Positions 49,846 to 62,248 of a DNA stretch of 64,000 nt are shown piece after piece. Every line of letters starts with the position of its first letter. Position 1 is the stretch's first letter. Both the position numbers and the translations under genes were made by a program. Source of the DNA: Heterodontus francisci (Eukaryota); assembly GCF_036365525.1 (NCBI RefSeq), contig NC_090399.1:31156430-31220429 (forward strand). Reading direction: 5' to 3'. The notes beneath the pieces were generated by a model. It ran no database searches. It was given only the letters and a program-made list of their open reading frames with translations, and had not been told where the DNA came from.

Positions 49846-52800
49846 GTGATAGGTATGACTCCAGCCAATGGAGAGATTTTCCCCTGATTTCTATTGACTC
49901 CAATTTTACTGGGGCTCCTTGATGCCACACTCGGCCTTGATGTCAAGGCCAATTATTTTCACCTCACGTCTGGAATTCAGTTATTTTGACCAAATTTGGC
50001 CAAATGCTGCAACGAGGTCTGAGCCGAGTGGTTCATGCAGAACTGAGCATCAGTGAGCAGGTGATCAGTAAGTACCACTTGATAGCACTGTCGATGACAA
50101 TTTCCATTACTTTGCTGATAGTTGAGAGCAAACTGATGGGGCATTAATTGGTTAGAATGGGCTTGTCCTGTTTTTTTTATGGACAGCAGACGCCTGGTCA
50201 ATTTTTCACATGGTCAGGTAAATGCCAGTATTGTACCCGTACTGGAACAGTTTGGCTAGAGGGAAGGTACTTCTGGAGCACATGTTCTCAACATGGGATT
50301 ATGTCGACGCCGAAAGGCTTTGTTGCATCCACGGTATGCAGCGGTTTCTTGATTCTACACAAATGAAGGAATTGGCTGAAGACTGTGATGGCGGAAATCT
50401 TAGGATGAAGCCGGGGTGGATTATTTGCTTGGTACATTTGGTTGAAGATGGTTGAAAATGCTTCAGCCTTGTCCTTTTCACTCACCTGCTGATCTACACC
50501 GTCATTGAGGGTGGAGATGTACATGACAAGACTGCACAGCTTTGATCTCATCCGTTGGTTATTGTATCACTCAGCTTTGCCTTTAGCATGCTGATTCCAC
50601 GGTTTAGCATGCATATAGTCCTGTGTTGCAGCTTCACCAGCCTGGCACCTTATTTTTAGGTATGCCTGGTTCCACTGCTGGCATGCACTTCTAAACTCCT
50701 AATTGAGCCATGATTCTTCCCCTGGCTTGATGGCAATGATAGAGTGAGGGATATGCCGGGTCATGCGGTTACATATTGTTTCAGAACAGTTCTGCTGCTG
50801 ATGATGGCCCACAGCATGGATGCCCAGTTTTGTCCTGCCATATCGGTTCTGAGGCCATTGCATTTAGCACAGTGTTAAAAACTCAGCAAGAATAGAGGGT
50901 GTGCAAAGTGAGAAGATTGTACATTCTGTGCTCTTGCTACCCTCAGTATTTTCTCTAAGTGCTGTTCACTGTGGAGGAGTACTGAGCTGTCAGCTGAAGG
51001 AGGATGATATGTGGTAATCGGCAGATGTGCTTGTGCATGTTTGACCAGATGCCATGAAACTTCAGAAGGTCCAGAATCAATTTGGAGGTCTCCCAGGGCC
51101 GTTCCCTCCAGACATCAATGTCCATCACTAAGTGTGGCTCTGTCTTACCACTACTGACAAACCTAGACAAGTTTTGAAGGATATATCTCCAAATCCAGGC
51201 CGACAGCATTTGGGGAGAGAAGTAACAACAGGGAAAAAAGATCTCGCCCTCACCAATCTGCCTGTCGCGGATGCATCTGACCATGGCAGCATTGGTAGGA
51301 GTTACCACGGCACAGTCCTTGTGGAGACGAAGTAGCACCTTCACACTGAGGATGCACTCCATCATGTTGAGTGGCACTGCCACTTTAATATATTGTGGTA
51401 GTTCAGAACAGATCCAGAAGCTCAAAACTGGGCATTCATTAGGCAATGTGTGCCATCAGCAGCAGCAGAATTGTATTCAGCCGCAACATGTTTCCTCATG
51501 ACTCGGCATATCCCTCACTCTAACATTACCTTCAGGCCAGGGGATCAACCCTGGTTCAATGAAGAGCGCAGAAAAAAATAACAAAAGCAGCACCTACAGT
51601 CCTGCCACATCCAGTCGCGATTTGTGGTGGACAGAAGGTGGAGGGCCCACAAATATCTCCATCCTCGATGATGGGGGAACCGAACACGTCAGTGCAAACG
51701 AAAAGGCTGAAACATTTGCAACCGGAAGTGCCGAGCCCTTGCCTCCTCCTGAGGTCCCCAGCATCACAGATGCCCGTCTTCAACTAATTCGATTCACTCC
51801 ACGTGATATCAAGAAACGGCTGAAGAAACTGCACACTGCAAAGGCTGTATGTCCTGACAACATTCCGGCAATAGTACTGAAGACTTTTGCTCCAGAACTG
51901 TCCCCACCCCCAGCCAAACTATTACAGTACAGCTGCAACACTGGCATCTACTCAGCAATTTGAAAAATTGCCCAGGTATGTTTTGTACACAAAAAGCAAG
52001 AGATATCCAACCTGCCAATTTCTGCCGCATCAGTCGACTCTCAATCATCAGTAAAGTGATGGAAGGTGTCATCGACAGAGCTATCAAGTAGCACTTCCTC
52101 AGCAATAACCTGCTCACTGACATTCAGTTTGGGTTCCACCAGGGCCGCTCAACTCCTGACGTTATTAAAGCCTTCGTCCAAACATGGACAAAAGAGATGA
52201 GCTCAAGAGGTAAGTGAGAGTGACTGCTCTTGACATCAAGGCAACATTTTATCGAGTATGGCATCAAGGAGCCTTCACAAAACTGGAGTCAATGGGAATC
52301 GGAGGGAAAACTCTCTGCTAGTTGGAGTCACGCCTAGCACAAAAGAAGATCGTTTGAGGTCAATCATTTCAGTTCCAGGACATCACAGCAAGAGTTCCTC
52401 AGGGTAGTGTCCTAGGCCCAACCATCTTCAGCTGCTTCATCAATGACCTTCCTTCAATCATAAGGTCAGAAGTGGGAGTGTTTGTTGATGATTGCACAAT
52501 GTTCAGCACCATTCGTGACTCCTCAGAAAGTGAAGCAGTCCGTGTAGAAATGTGGCAAGACCGGGACAATGTCCAAGCTTAGGCTGAAAAGTCACAAGTA
52601 ACATTTGCGCCACACAAGTTCCAGGCAATGGCGAACTCAAACAAGAGACAATCTAACCATCTCCCCTTGGCATTCAGAGGCATTACCATCACTGATTCCC
52701 CCACTATCAATATTCTGGGGTTACCATTGATCAGAAACTGGACTGGAGCAGCCATATGGATACCGTGGCTACAAGATGGTCAGAGGCTAGGAATCCTGCG

Positions 52801-55690
52801 ATGAATAACTCACCTCCTGACTCCCCAAAGCCTACATTTGACTCTAGACCCACAACAATGCGATTGTCTCTTAAATGCCCTCTGAAATGGCCGAACAAGC
52901 AACTCAGTTGTATATAACTGCTATGAAACCAGATGCAACACTTGGTATCGACCTAGGCACTGGAAATGGCAATGGTAAACCCAGTCGACTCTGCAAAGTC
53001 CTCCTTACCAAATTTGGGGGAGTTGTCCCATCGACTAATCTAGCAACAGCCAGACATAGTCACACTCATGGAATCATACATTACAGACAATGTCCCAGAC
53101 ACTGCCATCATCATCCCCGGGTATGTCCTGTCCCACTGGCAGGACAGGCCCAGCAGAAGTGGCAGCACAATGGTATACAGTTGGGAGGGAACTGCCTTGG
53201 CAGTCCTCACAATCGGCTCCAGACCCCATGAAGTCTCATGCCAACAGGTCAAACATGGGAAAGGAAACCTCCTGCTGATAGCCACCTACAGCCCCCATCC
53301 CCCACTCCGCCTCAGCTGATAAATTAGTTCTCCTCCATGTTGGGAGGGAGACTGGGTCTGTGGCAGATGGTGAAGGAACCAACAAGAGGGAAAAATATAC
53401 TTGACCTCGTCCTCACCAATCTGTCTGCCGCAGATGCATCTGCCCATGACAGTATTTGCAGGAGTGATCACTGCACAGTCCTTGTGGAGACAAAGTCCCG
53501 TCTTGGCATTCAGGATACCCTCTATGATGTTGTGTGACACTCCCACTGTGCTAAATAGGATAGATTTGAATAGATATAGCAATGCAAAACTGGACATCCA
53601 TGAGGCGCTGTGGGCCATCAGCAGCAGCAGAATCGTGCTCAACCACAATCTGCAACCTCATAACCCGTCATATCCCTCACTCTACCATTACCATCAAGCC
53701 AGGGACCAATCCTGATTCAATGACGAGTGCAGAAGGGCATGCCAAGAGCAGCACCAGGCATACATCAAAATGAGGTGTCAACCTGATGAAGCTACAACCT
53801 TACGTTACAAATTGCATAAGCAGCAGCTGATTCATAGAGCTAAATGATCCCATAACCAACGGATCAGATCTAAGCTCTGCAGTTCTGCCACATCCAGTCG
53901 TGAATGGTGGTGGACAATTAAACAGTTAACTGTAGGAGATGGTTCCATAAATATCCCCCTCCTCAATGATGGGGGAGCCTAGCAGTTCAGTGCAAAAGAT
54001 AAGGTTAAAGCACTTGCAACAATCGTCAGGCAAAAGTGCCAAGTGAATGATTATCTCGGCCTCCTCCTTAAGTCCACAGCATCACAAATGCCAGACGTCA
54101 GCCAATTCGATCACTCTGCATAATATCAAAAAACGACTAAAGGTACGGGATACTGCAAAGGCTCTGGGACCTGAATAAGTTCCGGCAATAGTACAGAGGA
54201 CCTGTGCTCCAGAACTTGCCGTGCTCCTAGCCAAGCTGCTCCAGAACAGCTACAACACTGGCATCTACCCAGCAATGTAGAAAATTGTCCAGGTATGTCC
54301 TGTACACAAAAAGCAGCACAAGTCCAACCTGGCCAATTAACGCCCCATCAGCCTGCGTCCATTTTATCAGTAAAGTGATGGAAGGTGCCATCAACAGTAC
54401 CATCAAGCAACACTTGCTTAGCAGTAATCTGCTCATTGACGCTCAGTTTGTGTTCCACCAGGGCCACTCAGCTCCTGACCTCTTTACAGCCTTGGTTCAA
54501 ACATGAACAAAAGAACTTAACTCAAGAGGTGAGGTGGAAATGAATGCCCTGGACACCAAGGCAACATTTGACCGAGAATGGCATCATGGAGCCCCAGCAA
54601 AACTGTCATCAATAGGAATCAGGGGGCAACGTTCCACTGGTTGGAAGCATACCTAGCACAAAGGAAGATGGTTTGACTTCAAGCATCTTAGCTCCAGGAC
54701 ATCACCGAAGGTGTTCCTCTGGGTAGTGTCCTAGGTCCAGCCATATTCAGCTGCTTCATCAATGACCTTCCTTCAATTATAAGATCAGAAGTCGGGATGT
54801 TCACTGATGATTGCATAATATTCAGTACCATTTACGACTCCTCAGATACTGAAGCAGTCCGTGTAGAAATGTGGCAAGATCTGGATTATATTCAAGCTTA
54901 GGCTGAGAAGTCGCAAGTAACATTCGCATCACAGAAGTGCCAGGAAATGACCAACTCCAACAAGAGAGAATCTAACCATCTCCCCTTGACATTCAATAGC
55001 ATTAACATCGCTGATTCCCCCACTATCAACATTCTGGTAGTTCCCACGACTAGAAACTGAACTGGAGTAGCCATATAAATACAGTGGCTACAAGAGCAGG
55101 TCAGAGGCTAGGAATCCTGTGGCGAGTAACACATCTCCTGACTCCCCAAAGACAGTCCACCATCTAGAAGATGCAAGTCAGGGGTTTTATGGAATACTCT
55201 CCACTTGCCTGGATGGGTGTCGCTCCAAAAACGCTCAAGAAGTTCGACACCATCCAGGACAAATCAACCCACTTGATTGGTACCTCGTCCACAAACATTC
55301 ACTCCCTCCACCACTGAGACACAGTAGCAGTCGTGTGTACCATCTACAAGAGGCACTGCAGCAACGCACAAAGTCTCCTTAGACAGCATTTTACAAACCT
55401 GAGAGCTCTGCCAACGAGAACGATAAGGGCAGCAGATATTGTAACACCACCACCTGCAAGTCCCTCTCCAAGTCACACACCATCCTGGCTTGGAACTATA
55501 TCACCGTTCGTTCACTGTCACTGGGTAAAAATCCTGGAACTTCCCTCCTAACAGCACTGTGGATGTACCTACACCAAATGGACTAAAGCGGTTCAAGATG
55601 ACGGTTCACTATCACCTTCTTAAGGGCAATTAGGGATGGGCAACAAATGCTGGCCTTGGAGACAATGCTCACATCCCATGAATGAATATA
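49846..55690. mobile_element. Three degenerate copies of the second CR1/jockey-group LINE (~49846-51120 minus; ~51120-52835 plus; ~52900-55690 plus)
   Basis: IRFTPRDIKKRLK, PDNIPAIVLKT, ESYITDNVPD (EN), ILDLVLTN and QGSVLGP motifs, with many stops. 3' tail at ~55680. Confidence 0.85.
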
Positions 55691-56785
55691 AAACGAATGT
55701 ATATAACTCTGCCACCACTTCCGGCTTTTCTGTCCTTTTGGTGGGACAGAACATACTCAGGTATGATAGTGGAGATGTCTGGGACATTGGTTGAAAGTTA
55801 TGACTAATTGAGTGAGACTATGTCAGGCTGTGGGACAGCTCTCCCAAGTTTGGCATAAGTCGACACTTGCTAGTGAGAAGGAATTTGCAGGGATGATTTG
55901 AATGTTTGTCTTTGCCGTCCAGTGCCTAGGTTAATGCCATGTGGTCCATCTGGTTTCATTGTTATTTGGCTTTAGCAGTTGGATAGAACTGAATGATTCA
56001 CTAATCAACTTCAGTGGGCAGTTGAGAGTCAACCACAGTATTGTGGGTCTGCAGTCACATATAGCCCAGACCGGGTAAAGATGGCATATTTCCTTCCCTT
56101 AAGGCCAGCAATGAAACACATAGATTTTTAAAATGAACCACAATCATCATTACTAAGACTAGCTTTTTATTCCCGATTCATTAATTAACCGATTTTAATT
56201 TTGCTGGCGGCCATGTCTCCTGATCATTGGTCCAGGCCTCTGGATCATTAACTATGCAACGCAATCACTATGATACTGCTTCCGTTTGTGTCCTGCTTGA
56301 CAACTTATGTCTTCCGTTTGAAAAGTTCCATTGTCTCTCTATTAAAGCTTTGGCTAGTAAGAATATTTACTCGATCTGATTAATAGTATTAATACATTTT
56401 AGGGGATGTTGGCCAAATCGCAAATACATCAAGAATCCTCAAGTGATTAAAAAGCACCTCACAATGGGTAATCTAGCCCTCATCGAGAACATTGTCTCAC
56501 CTCTCATCATCGAGTTTCAAACACTATCACCTCCATCCCAGTATGAGTCATTAAGCCGCTATCTAACGTCAGGCTTCTGTTACAACTGCCTTGGAAAAAG
56601 GAGAAAGTAAAGCTTGCAAGACGTAATGCATTTTCCCCTTTTGAGGGCCTGAAAAAAGAATGTTGGAGAACAATATAAACTCTGGGCAGTAGCATGCAAT
56701 GGGTGATATCAAATTAGCCGCTCAATACATTTAGATCAATCTCTGTGTATAACGGGCCGTCCATTCCATACTGACAATTTTACAC

Positions 56786-57839
56786 TGTTAGAAATTAGGA
56801 AAATGCATAGAATATGGATAGAATAGATGATATTTAGCTTGGAATAAGTGTAGAGGATTAGGTTGATATTGGACGTTGCGTTTTACTGGTAATAGTTTCA
56901 AATTCGTTCCACTAAAAACAATTGGAATGAACATTTAGATATATGGCAATTGACCCAGCTGCAAGGGAAACCAATATCCCAGGAAAGAGGGAGTGGTCAG
57001 ATGATGCCTGTGCGACAGTGCAATAGTAACAGGGTAGATGTCTAAAAAAACAACCATACATAAAGTTGCTAGGATTGTCTTTTCACCTTGTTTAACAAAG
57101 CTGTTTGTTAAAAATTCTTAAATTAACCAGTATATGGGAATAGAATAGGAGGTGTGTTTATAAAAATATTGTATCATTCTGTGGCGCAATTGTTTGAAAA
57201 AGGAGTAACACAGTGAGACTGGACTGCTGGACTTTGTGCAGCTCTGAGCATAAGCAGCTCATAACAGACAGAAACGACCAATGGAATGTTGACTGAGTAA
57301 GTCTGAAGTCTGGTATTGTCTCAGGGTTTTGTGAAATTGATCGTGGGGAAACAATTCTTCACATGCTTTAAGGGCACAATGCAAATAGGCTTCGGTCCAT
57401 GGTTCAGCCAAAGAACTCGACATACCATTAGACATCTTTTATTAAAGGGGAACCTATATAGGACAATGAGGCCATGTCAATCATGAACTCCAGCCCCCGC
57501 CACCGCCAATCCCCCACACCCTCACCCCCGAAAAGGAGCAAAAAAAGAAAGATTTGGTGGAGATCCAGTGCAAGCGGTGAGCTGGAGAACTCCCAAGAGT
57601 GGGTCCATGTTGAATTTGGTTCAACACTCCGAGGTAGTTCATGAAGTTGTGAAGACGTGAATCACCAGAGAAGCGAATAGAGCTGTTCGCGCATGGACTT
57701 CATTAGTACTCGTTACTTGTCACACTCGTATGTTTTTGCTGTATAACTAATGTGTTTTATCCCGTCTTATACTCATAATAAACACAACATATTCACCATA
57801 TTGCAGTCGGTCCTGCGTTGCAAAGAGTTAAAGACAACA
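56786..57839 (+). mobile_element. Possible solo LTR
   Basis: TGTT...AACA ends, AATAAA ~60 bp before the end, imperfect 4-bp flanks acac/actc. Confidence 0.3.
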
Positions 57840-59640
57840 ACTCTATCCCCCAAAAGTAAATTTACCCCCTTGGTTTATACAGAGGGAGAGTTTTGAGAGA
57901 ACGATGGCAGTATAGGATGGTAACTTAATACAATGATATTTTATCCAATAATCGAAGTTACAGAGGCTACCGAGGAGTGTGCTACTATTTACATAGGTCG
58001 CTGGGTGTTTCTCAATGTTTATATATGTCCTTACACTAGCCATACAATTTGCTTTAATATTTCTAATCGGCATCCCACAATTAAGTTCAATGTACAATCT
58101 TGTGTTCATCTATTTTACCTTCGTCACACATTATTACATTTGGTTTGTGAGCACCTGAAACCAATTACAAGTTTGTAATAATGTAGGTAAGTACTTTAGT
58201 CCTTTGCCTATATGCCCAAGATAAGTTCTAGTTGTGAAGTCAGTTTGCTTGTTTATTTAATGTTTAAATGAACATATTGTCACAACTAACACCGTGATTA
58301 CCAAAGATATTTTGCCATAGAGGAAATCACGTCACAGGTAACTGAGCTCAACCTTCACTCCTCCCTCTCTTACTTTTGCTCCTTCTCCTCATTCATGGGT
58401 TTAATATCTCCCCATTCATATTGTTTCTACTTGTACTAATCCATAGATACCTGCTTCAGTAATCCTTTACCCACTTTCGGTACCAATCCATATAATATGT
58501 ATCAGTATGATCCTAACTCTCTACAAATCAAGGCTTTCCATCTGATGTCTGTGGTCCTAAGTCTACCGCACTGGTGTTTAGGTAATTAAGGCAGAGAATA
58601 TACCGTTATGGTTCGTTCCAAATCATCTCTAAATGTAAATAATATGTGACCTAATTTATAAACATGCCTCTTTTGACCATGGCAGAGGAACTGTTAACTA
58701 CATTATCAGGTATTTTGGCAGCCTCTAGTTCTAAGACTGTAGAGCTTAATATAAATTGAAATTTGATTATAAATTAAAGTACAATATGGATTCTCTTACT
58801 CTTGATAGTATTGAAGTCGAACACTACTGCGATTGAACTGCTCAGTACAACATTTTGCCTTCTGAATTATTTGCATTAGAGTGGAGGCTGGATTGTCAGC
58901 GCCTGCTGAAGCTGATTTCGGTATTGAAGTAACATATTACATGTTAGAGTTAGACGAATATCTTCAGAAATTTTTCGATAAAACATAGATATATTGTGCC
59001 TGAACACATTGGAAAAGATGCTTATTAAATAACAGATGACAAGTACAAATTGAATTCAGAGCAGATGTATATACAAGGTAATCAACTATTTGCAACTGTC
59101 CGATAAGTTTATCAGTTCTGTTTGGCTGCAATTAGCTTAAACTAGTTGTGATAGATTCTGCCGGTTTCCTTACAACAGACAGTTGAATGGTGCATTTTGT
59201 TTTCTACATAATACTGAAAATGTTTCATATGCGATGTTAGTTATTGCATATCCGGCTTATGCAGAGTTCAAATAATTTACTCTGCTGTACAAACGTTGCA
59301 ACACATTATTTGGCTGATGCTACAAAACTGGAAGAGGGGTATACCTTCTGGATACTATGTCGCTACATCTATAAACGTGTGAGAACATTTCCTTAGATTA
59401 CAGTTTGTAGGGAAATTGTAGAAATTGCAAGGAAAGAAACATTGAATTCTTCCATCGATGTTTCGAATGAGTTTATCTTATAACAACCAAAGCGAATGTA
59501 AATAGTCTCAAATCGCTACATACAAGAGAATTTGTTTCACTTAATCGCACCAGCACTGGAAAACTTACAGAGAGGTAACAATTCCATTGGCTTCAATGAG
59601 AAAATGCCAGTTAAATACAAAGCAAATTTCGAAAAATGTG

Positions 59641-59673
59641 GATAGATAGACAGATAGATAGACTGATCGATAA

Positions 59674-59723
<50 letters not shown>

Positions 59724-59740
59724 GGATGGATGGATGGATG
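59641..59740. repeat. (GATA)n/(GATG)n microsatellite
   Basis: Directly visible. Confidence 0.95.
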
Positions 59741-59847
59741 AGTTGAGTTACATGTCTCCACAATGTGCAATAATGTTTAATATTGGATGATAACATGTTA
59801 AATGGCTTCAAGATCAATGCTGTAATCCCACAAATACACACGCAACC

Positions 59848-59934
59848 TTATTTTTTATCATCGGATGAACGGTTGTTTTGCTTTCCTTCATTGAAGGTCA
59901 GTGTACAATATTGTACATTGTCCGCTTCATTTGT
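59848..59934 (-). CDS. Putative terminal cytoplasmic exon with ITIM: TNEADNVQYCTLTFNEGKQNNRSSDDKK*
   Basis: Strong acceptor ttttgtttctctttaaacag|, phase 0. VxYxxL is preceded by acidic residues. Paralogous to 61164-61277. Confidence 0.6.
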   Translation of the reverse strand, partial: TNEADNVQYCTLTFNEGKQNNRSSDDKK

Positions 59935-60429
59935 CTGTTTAAAGAGAAACAAAATATTGATTTAATTTACTTACAAAGAAATAAAGTCTTTTTATGTTTG
60001 CCATCATCGAACTGCATATAAAGTGTTTTCATATATTAGAGATATTATGGCATTTTCTATCCAACTTCTTTTGCTGCAATTTTCCTCAACCTTTCGTTTC
60101 AAAATTTAGAATTAAAACTTTACAATGGCAATACGGTAATTAACCAGTTACTTATAACAATATAGCTGCCTTTTCTGGCTACTCTACTAAGAGAACTTGA
60201 TCGATATCCTGAATACTAGAAATATATTCATCAACTGACGATGAGAAAAAACATGGGCAATTTATTAATCATGTTTCTATTTCTTAGCGTTATGAAAATA
60301 TACAATAACACAATAATATTTTTCTAGAAACATATAAATAATTCTTGATAGACTTATCAATGTGATTGCTATTAGTAATAATAGCTGGAAATAAAGATAT
60401 GTTGTCGAAGCATTTCGCCTTGCACTCAC

Positions 60430-60467
60430 CAGGACAAATTGCAGGATACCAATGTAAGGGAAAGCAG
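60430..60467 (-). CDS. Possible 38-nt exon (phase 1-0: AFPYIGILQFVL) upstream of the first ITIM exon
   Basis: ttttacatatcag|...CCTG|gtgagt. Phase is compatible with the ITIM exon, but the frame is ambiguous. Confidence 0.25.
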
Positions 60468-60504
60468 CTGATATGTAAAACTGAACTCAACTGCACGAGT
60501 TTCA

Positions 60505-61020
60505 AAGTTCATAAGTTCAATGTGATTCTGTGAATCGACAACATTTGCTAAATTATCCTCAGTGTGTTAGGAATTACGCCTGGCAACCAATTTAAGATTG
60601 TCAGTCAAACTCACAGTGTGGCTCATTTGTGTGGACTGGAAACTACATATATTAATACACAGGGCCCTTTTTTTACAGACAGACATAACATGTGCACACA
60701 TTGCTCTTGTTTCAGTTAAACAAAATATGTGCCAGCCATTGGCTGGTTCATTTCTCAGGGCAATGCTTTGACCAATTGGAGTCAGATTGTCTGGTTTAAA
60801 CTTCAAACAAAGCTTGGTAGTTCATTATCAGTCACCATAAACGGGTGCATTCTCCATGGCAACGCTTCTACTAATCAGAGTCCACTTGCCAACCAATCAG
60901 CACTCTCTTGTCATACAGTATATATGTGTTGTTTTCCTTACATTAGTATGCTTTCAATTTGTCATGATGAGTGCAAATGAAAAGCTTCGACAAAATGTCT
61001 CTATTTTCAGCAATATTCAA
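60505..61020 (+). mobile_element. 3' fragment of a second Penelope-like family with a hammerhead relic at 60959-60993
   Basis: QHLLNYPQC...QFKIVS...VAHLCGLETTYINTQGP resembles a PLE C-terminus. Hammerhead-like ttgtc ATGATGA gtgcaaat GAAA agct TC gacaa. Confidence 0.7.
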
Positions 61021-61163
61021 GTTATGTACTGCCAAATGACTAGTAGTAATAATATTATGCAGGATAGCTAGACAAACAATTAGATAGATCGTTTGAGTTG
61101 CATGCCTCCATAATGTGCAATAATGTATAATGGTGCACGCGAACATGCTAACTGCCTTGAAGA

Positions 61164-61277
61164 TCAATCTTTTAACAAACCACACGCAACTTTGTCTTTA
61201 TCTACAGATGATCGGCGTTTTTCCTCTCTTTCATTGACGTTCAGTGCAGAATATTGCACATTATCGTCTTCATTTGC
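61164..61277 (-). CDS. Putative terminal cytoplasmic exon with ITIM: ANEDDNVQYSALNVNEREEKRRSSVDKDKVACGLLKD*
   Basis: Strong acceptor ctttatttctcttcaaatag|, phase 0. Canonical VQYSAL ITIM. Confidence 0.68.
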   Translation of the reverse strand, partial: ANEDDNVQYSALNVNEREEKRRSSVDKDKVACGLLKD

Positions 61278-61404
61278 CTATTTGAAGAGAAATAAAGTAC
61301 ATTACTAAATGTATTATTTATAGGGAAATAAATGTTCAGTTGTTTTGTTTTAATCGAACAACACTTAAATATTCATTCGTACATTAGAAATCTTTGTTGT
61401 GTAT

Positions 61405-62248
61405 TGTCATGCAAGCCTCCACCTGAAAATAATGAGGCATATTAATTTTGCTACATGGACATTAAATTTCAAAATGTTGCTGGAAAGAAAATAAGACCTA
61501 CTACAAGGGGTTGCCAAGCCCCTGGCAGGAGCAAGACATTTTTGCATACTAGCAGACAGTGTAGGAACAAGGGAGCCATCCTCCGCTCTCAATACACAGA
61601 ATACGTGGTCAGACGAATTTAGTCACATGACTAACTGGCTGTTGCAAGTTTTTCTTTTGAACTCGCCACTTAGAATTTGAACTCAGAATGCTCCTGGCTC
61701 CTGGATTGAGAACATCTCTCCCCTGTCTGTTCTCATCTCGTTCTCATCTGCTTTGGAATCTATTGAAGATGCAGGAACACAAAGAGAGAAAAGTGTCCTA
61801 CAGTGAACAAAGTTTAAGAAGAATACTGGGCTCCAACGTAAAGCAAGAAGTACCTACAAAAGGACTCCACAGTGAGCTCGAAGCACAGTCACAAGAAACT
61901 CTTCAGAAAGTGCCTCAAACCTTTCCACTGTATTTTTATCCTGCTTTGTTCTGTCTCTATTTGCATGGGCATATGACGTCTGCATGCTAGCTTGTGGAGC
62001 GGCATTTATCAGTAGGTGATAACCGAAATAGAGTTTAAGTTTAAGTTTTACTAAATTTCACTTTTCTTCTTTAAACCTAAGAAAACCTGTTTGTGCTCAT
62101 TTCTTTCCTTATAATTGGAAAGAGGTGAACATGGATTCACCAAGGGGGAGCTCAAAACACGGTGCATTTAAAATTAAATCCTGTTAGAGTCAGACCAGGT
62201 GAAGGCTGAAAGGAGACCCCTAGACCTCTTTCTCACCTAGTCATAACA
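61405..62248. mobile_element. Solo LTR
   Basis: TGTCATG...CATAACA terminal inverted repeat and an exact 4-bp TSD gtat (61401-61404 / 62249-62252). Confidence 0.8.

Noticed and set aside
49646-49952. Proline-rich ORFs
   Set aside because: Translation of the G-rich tract.
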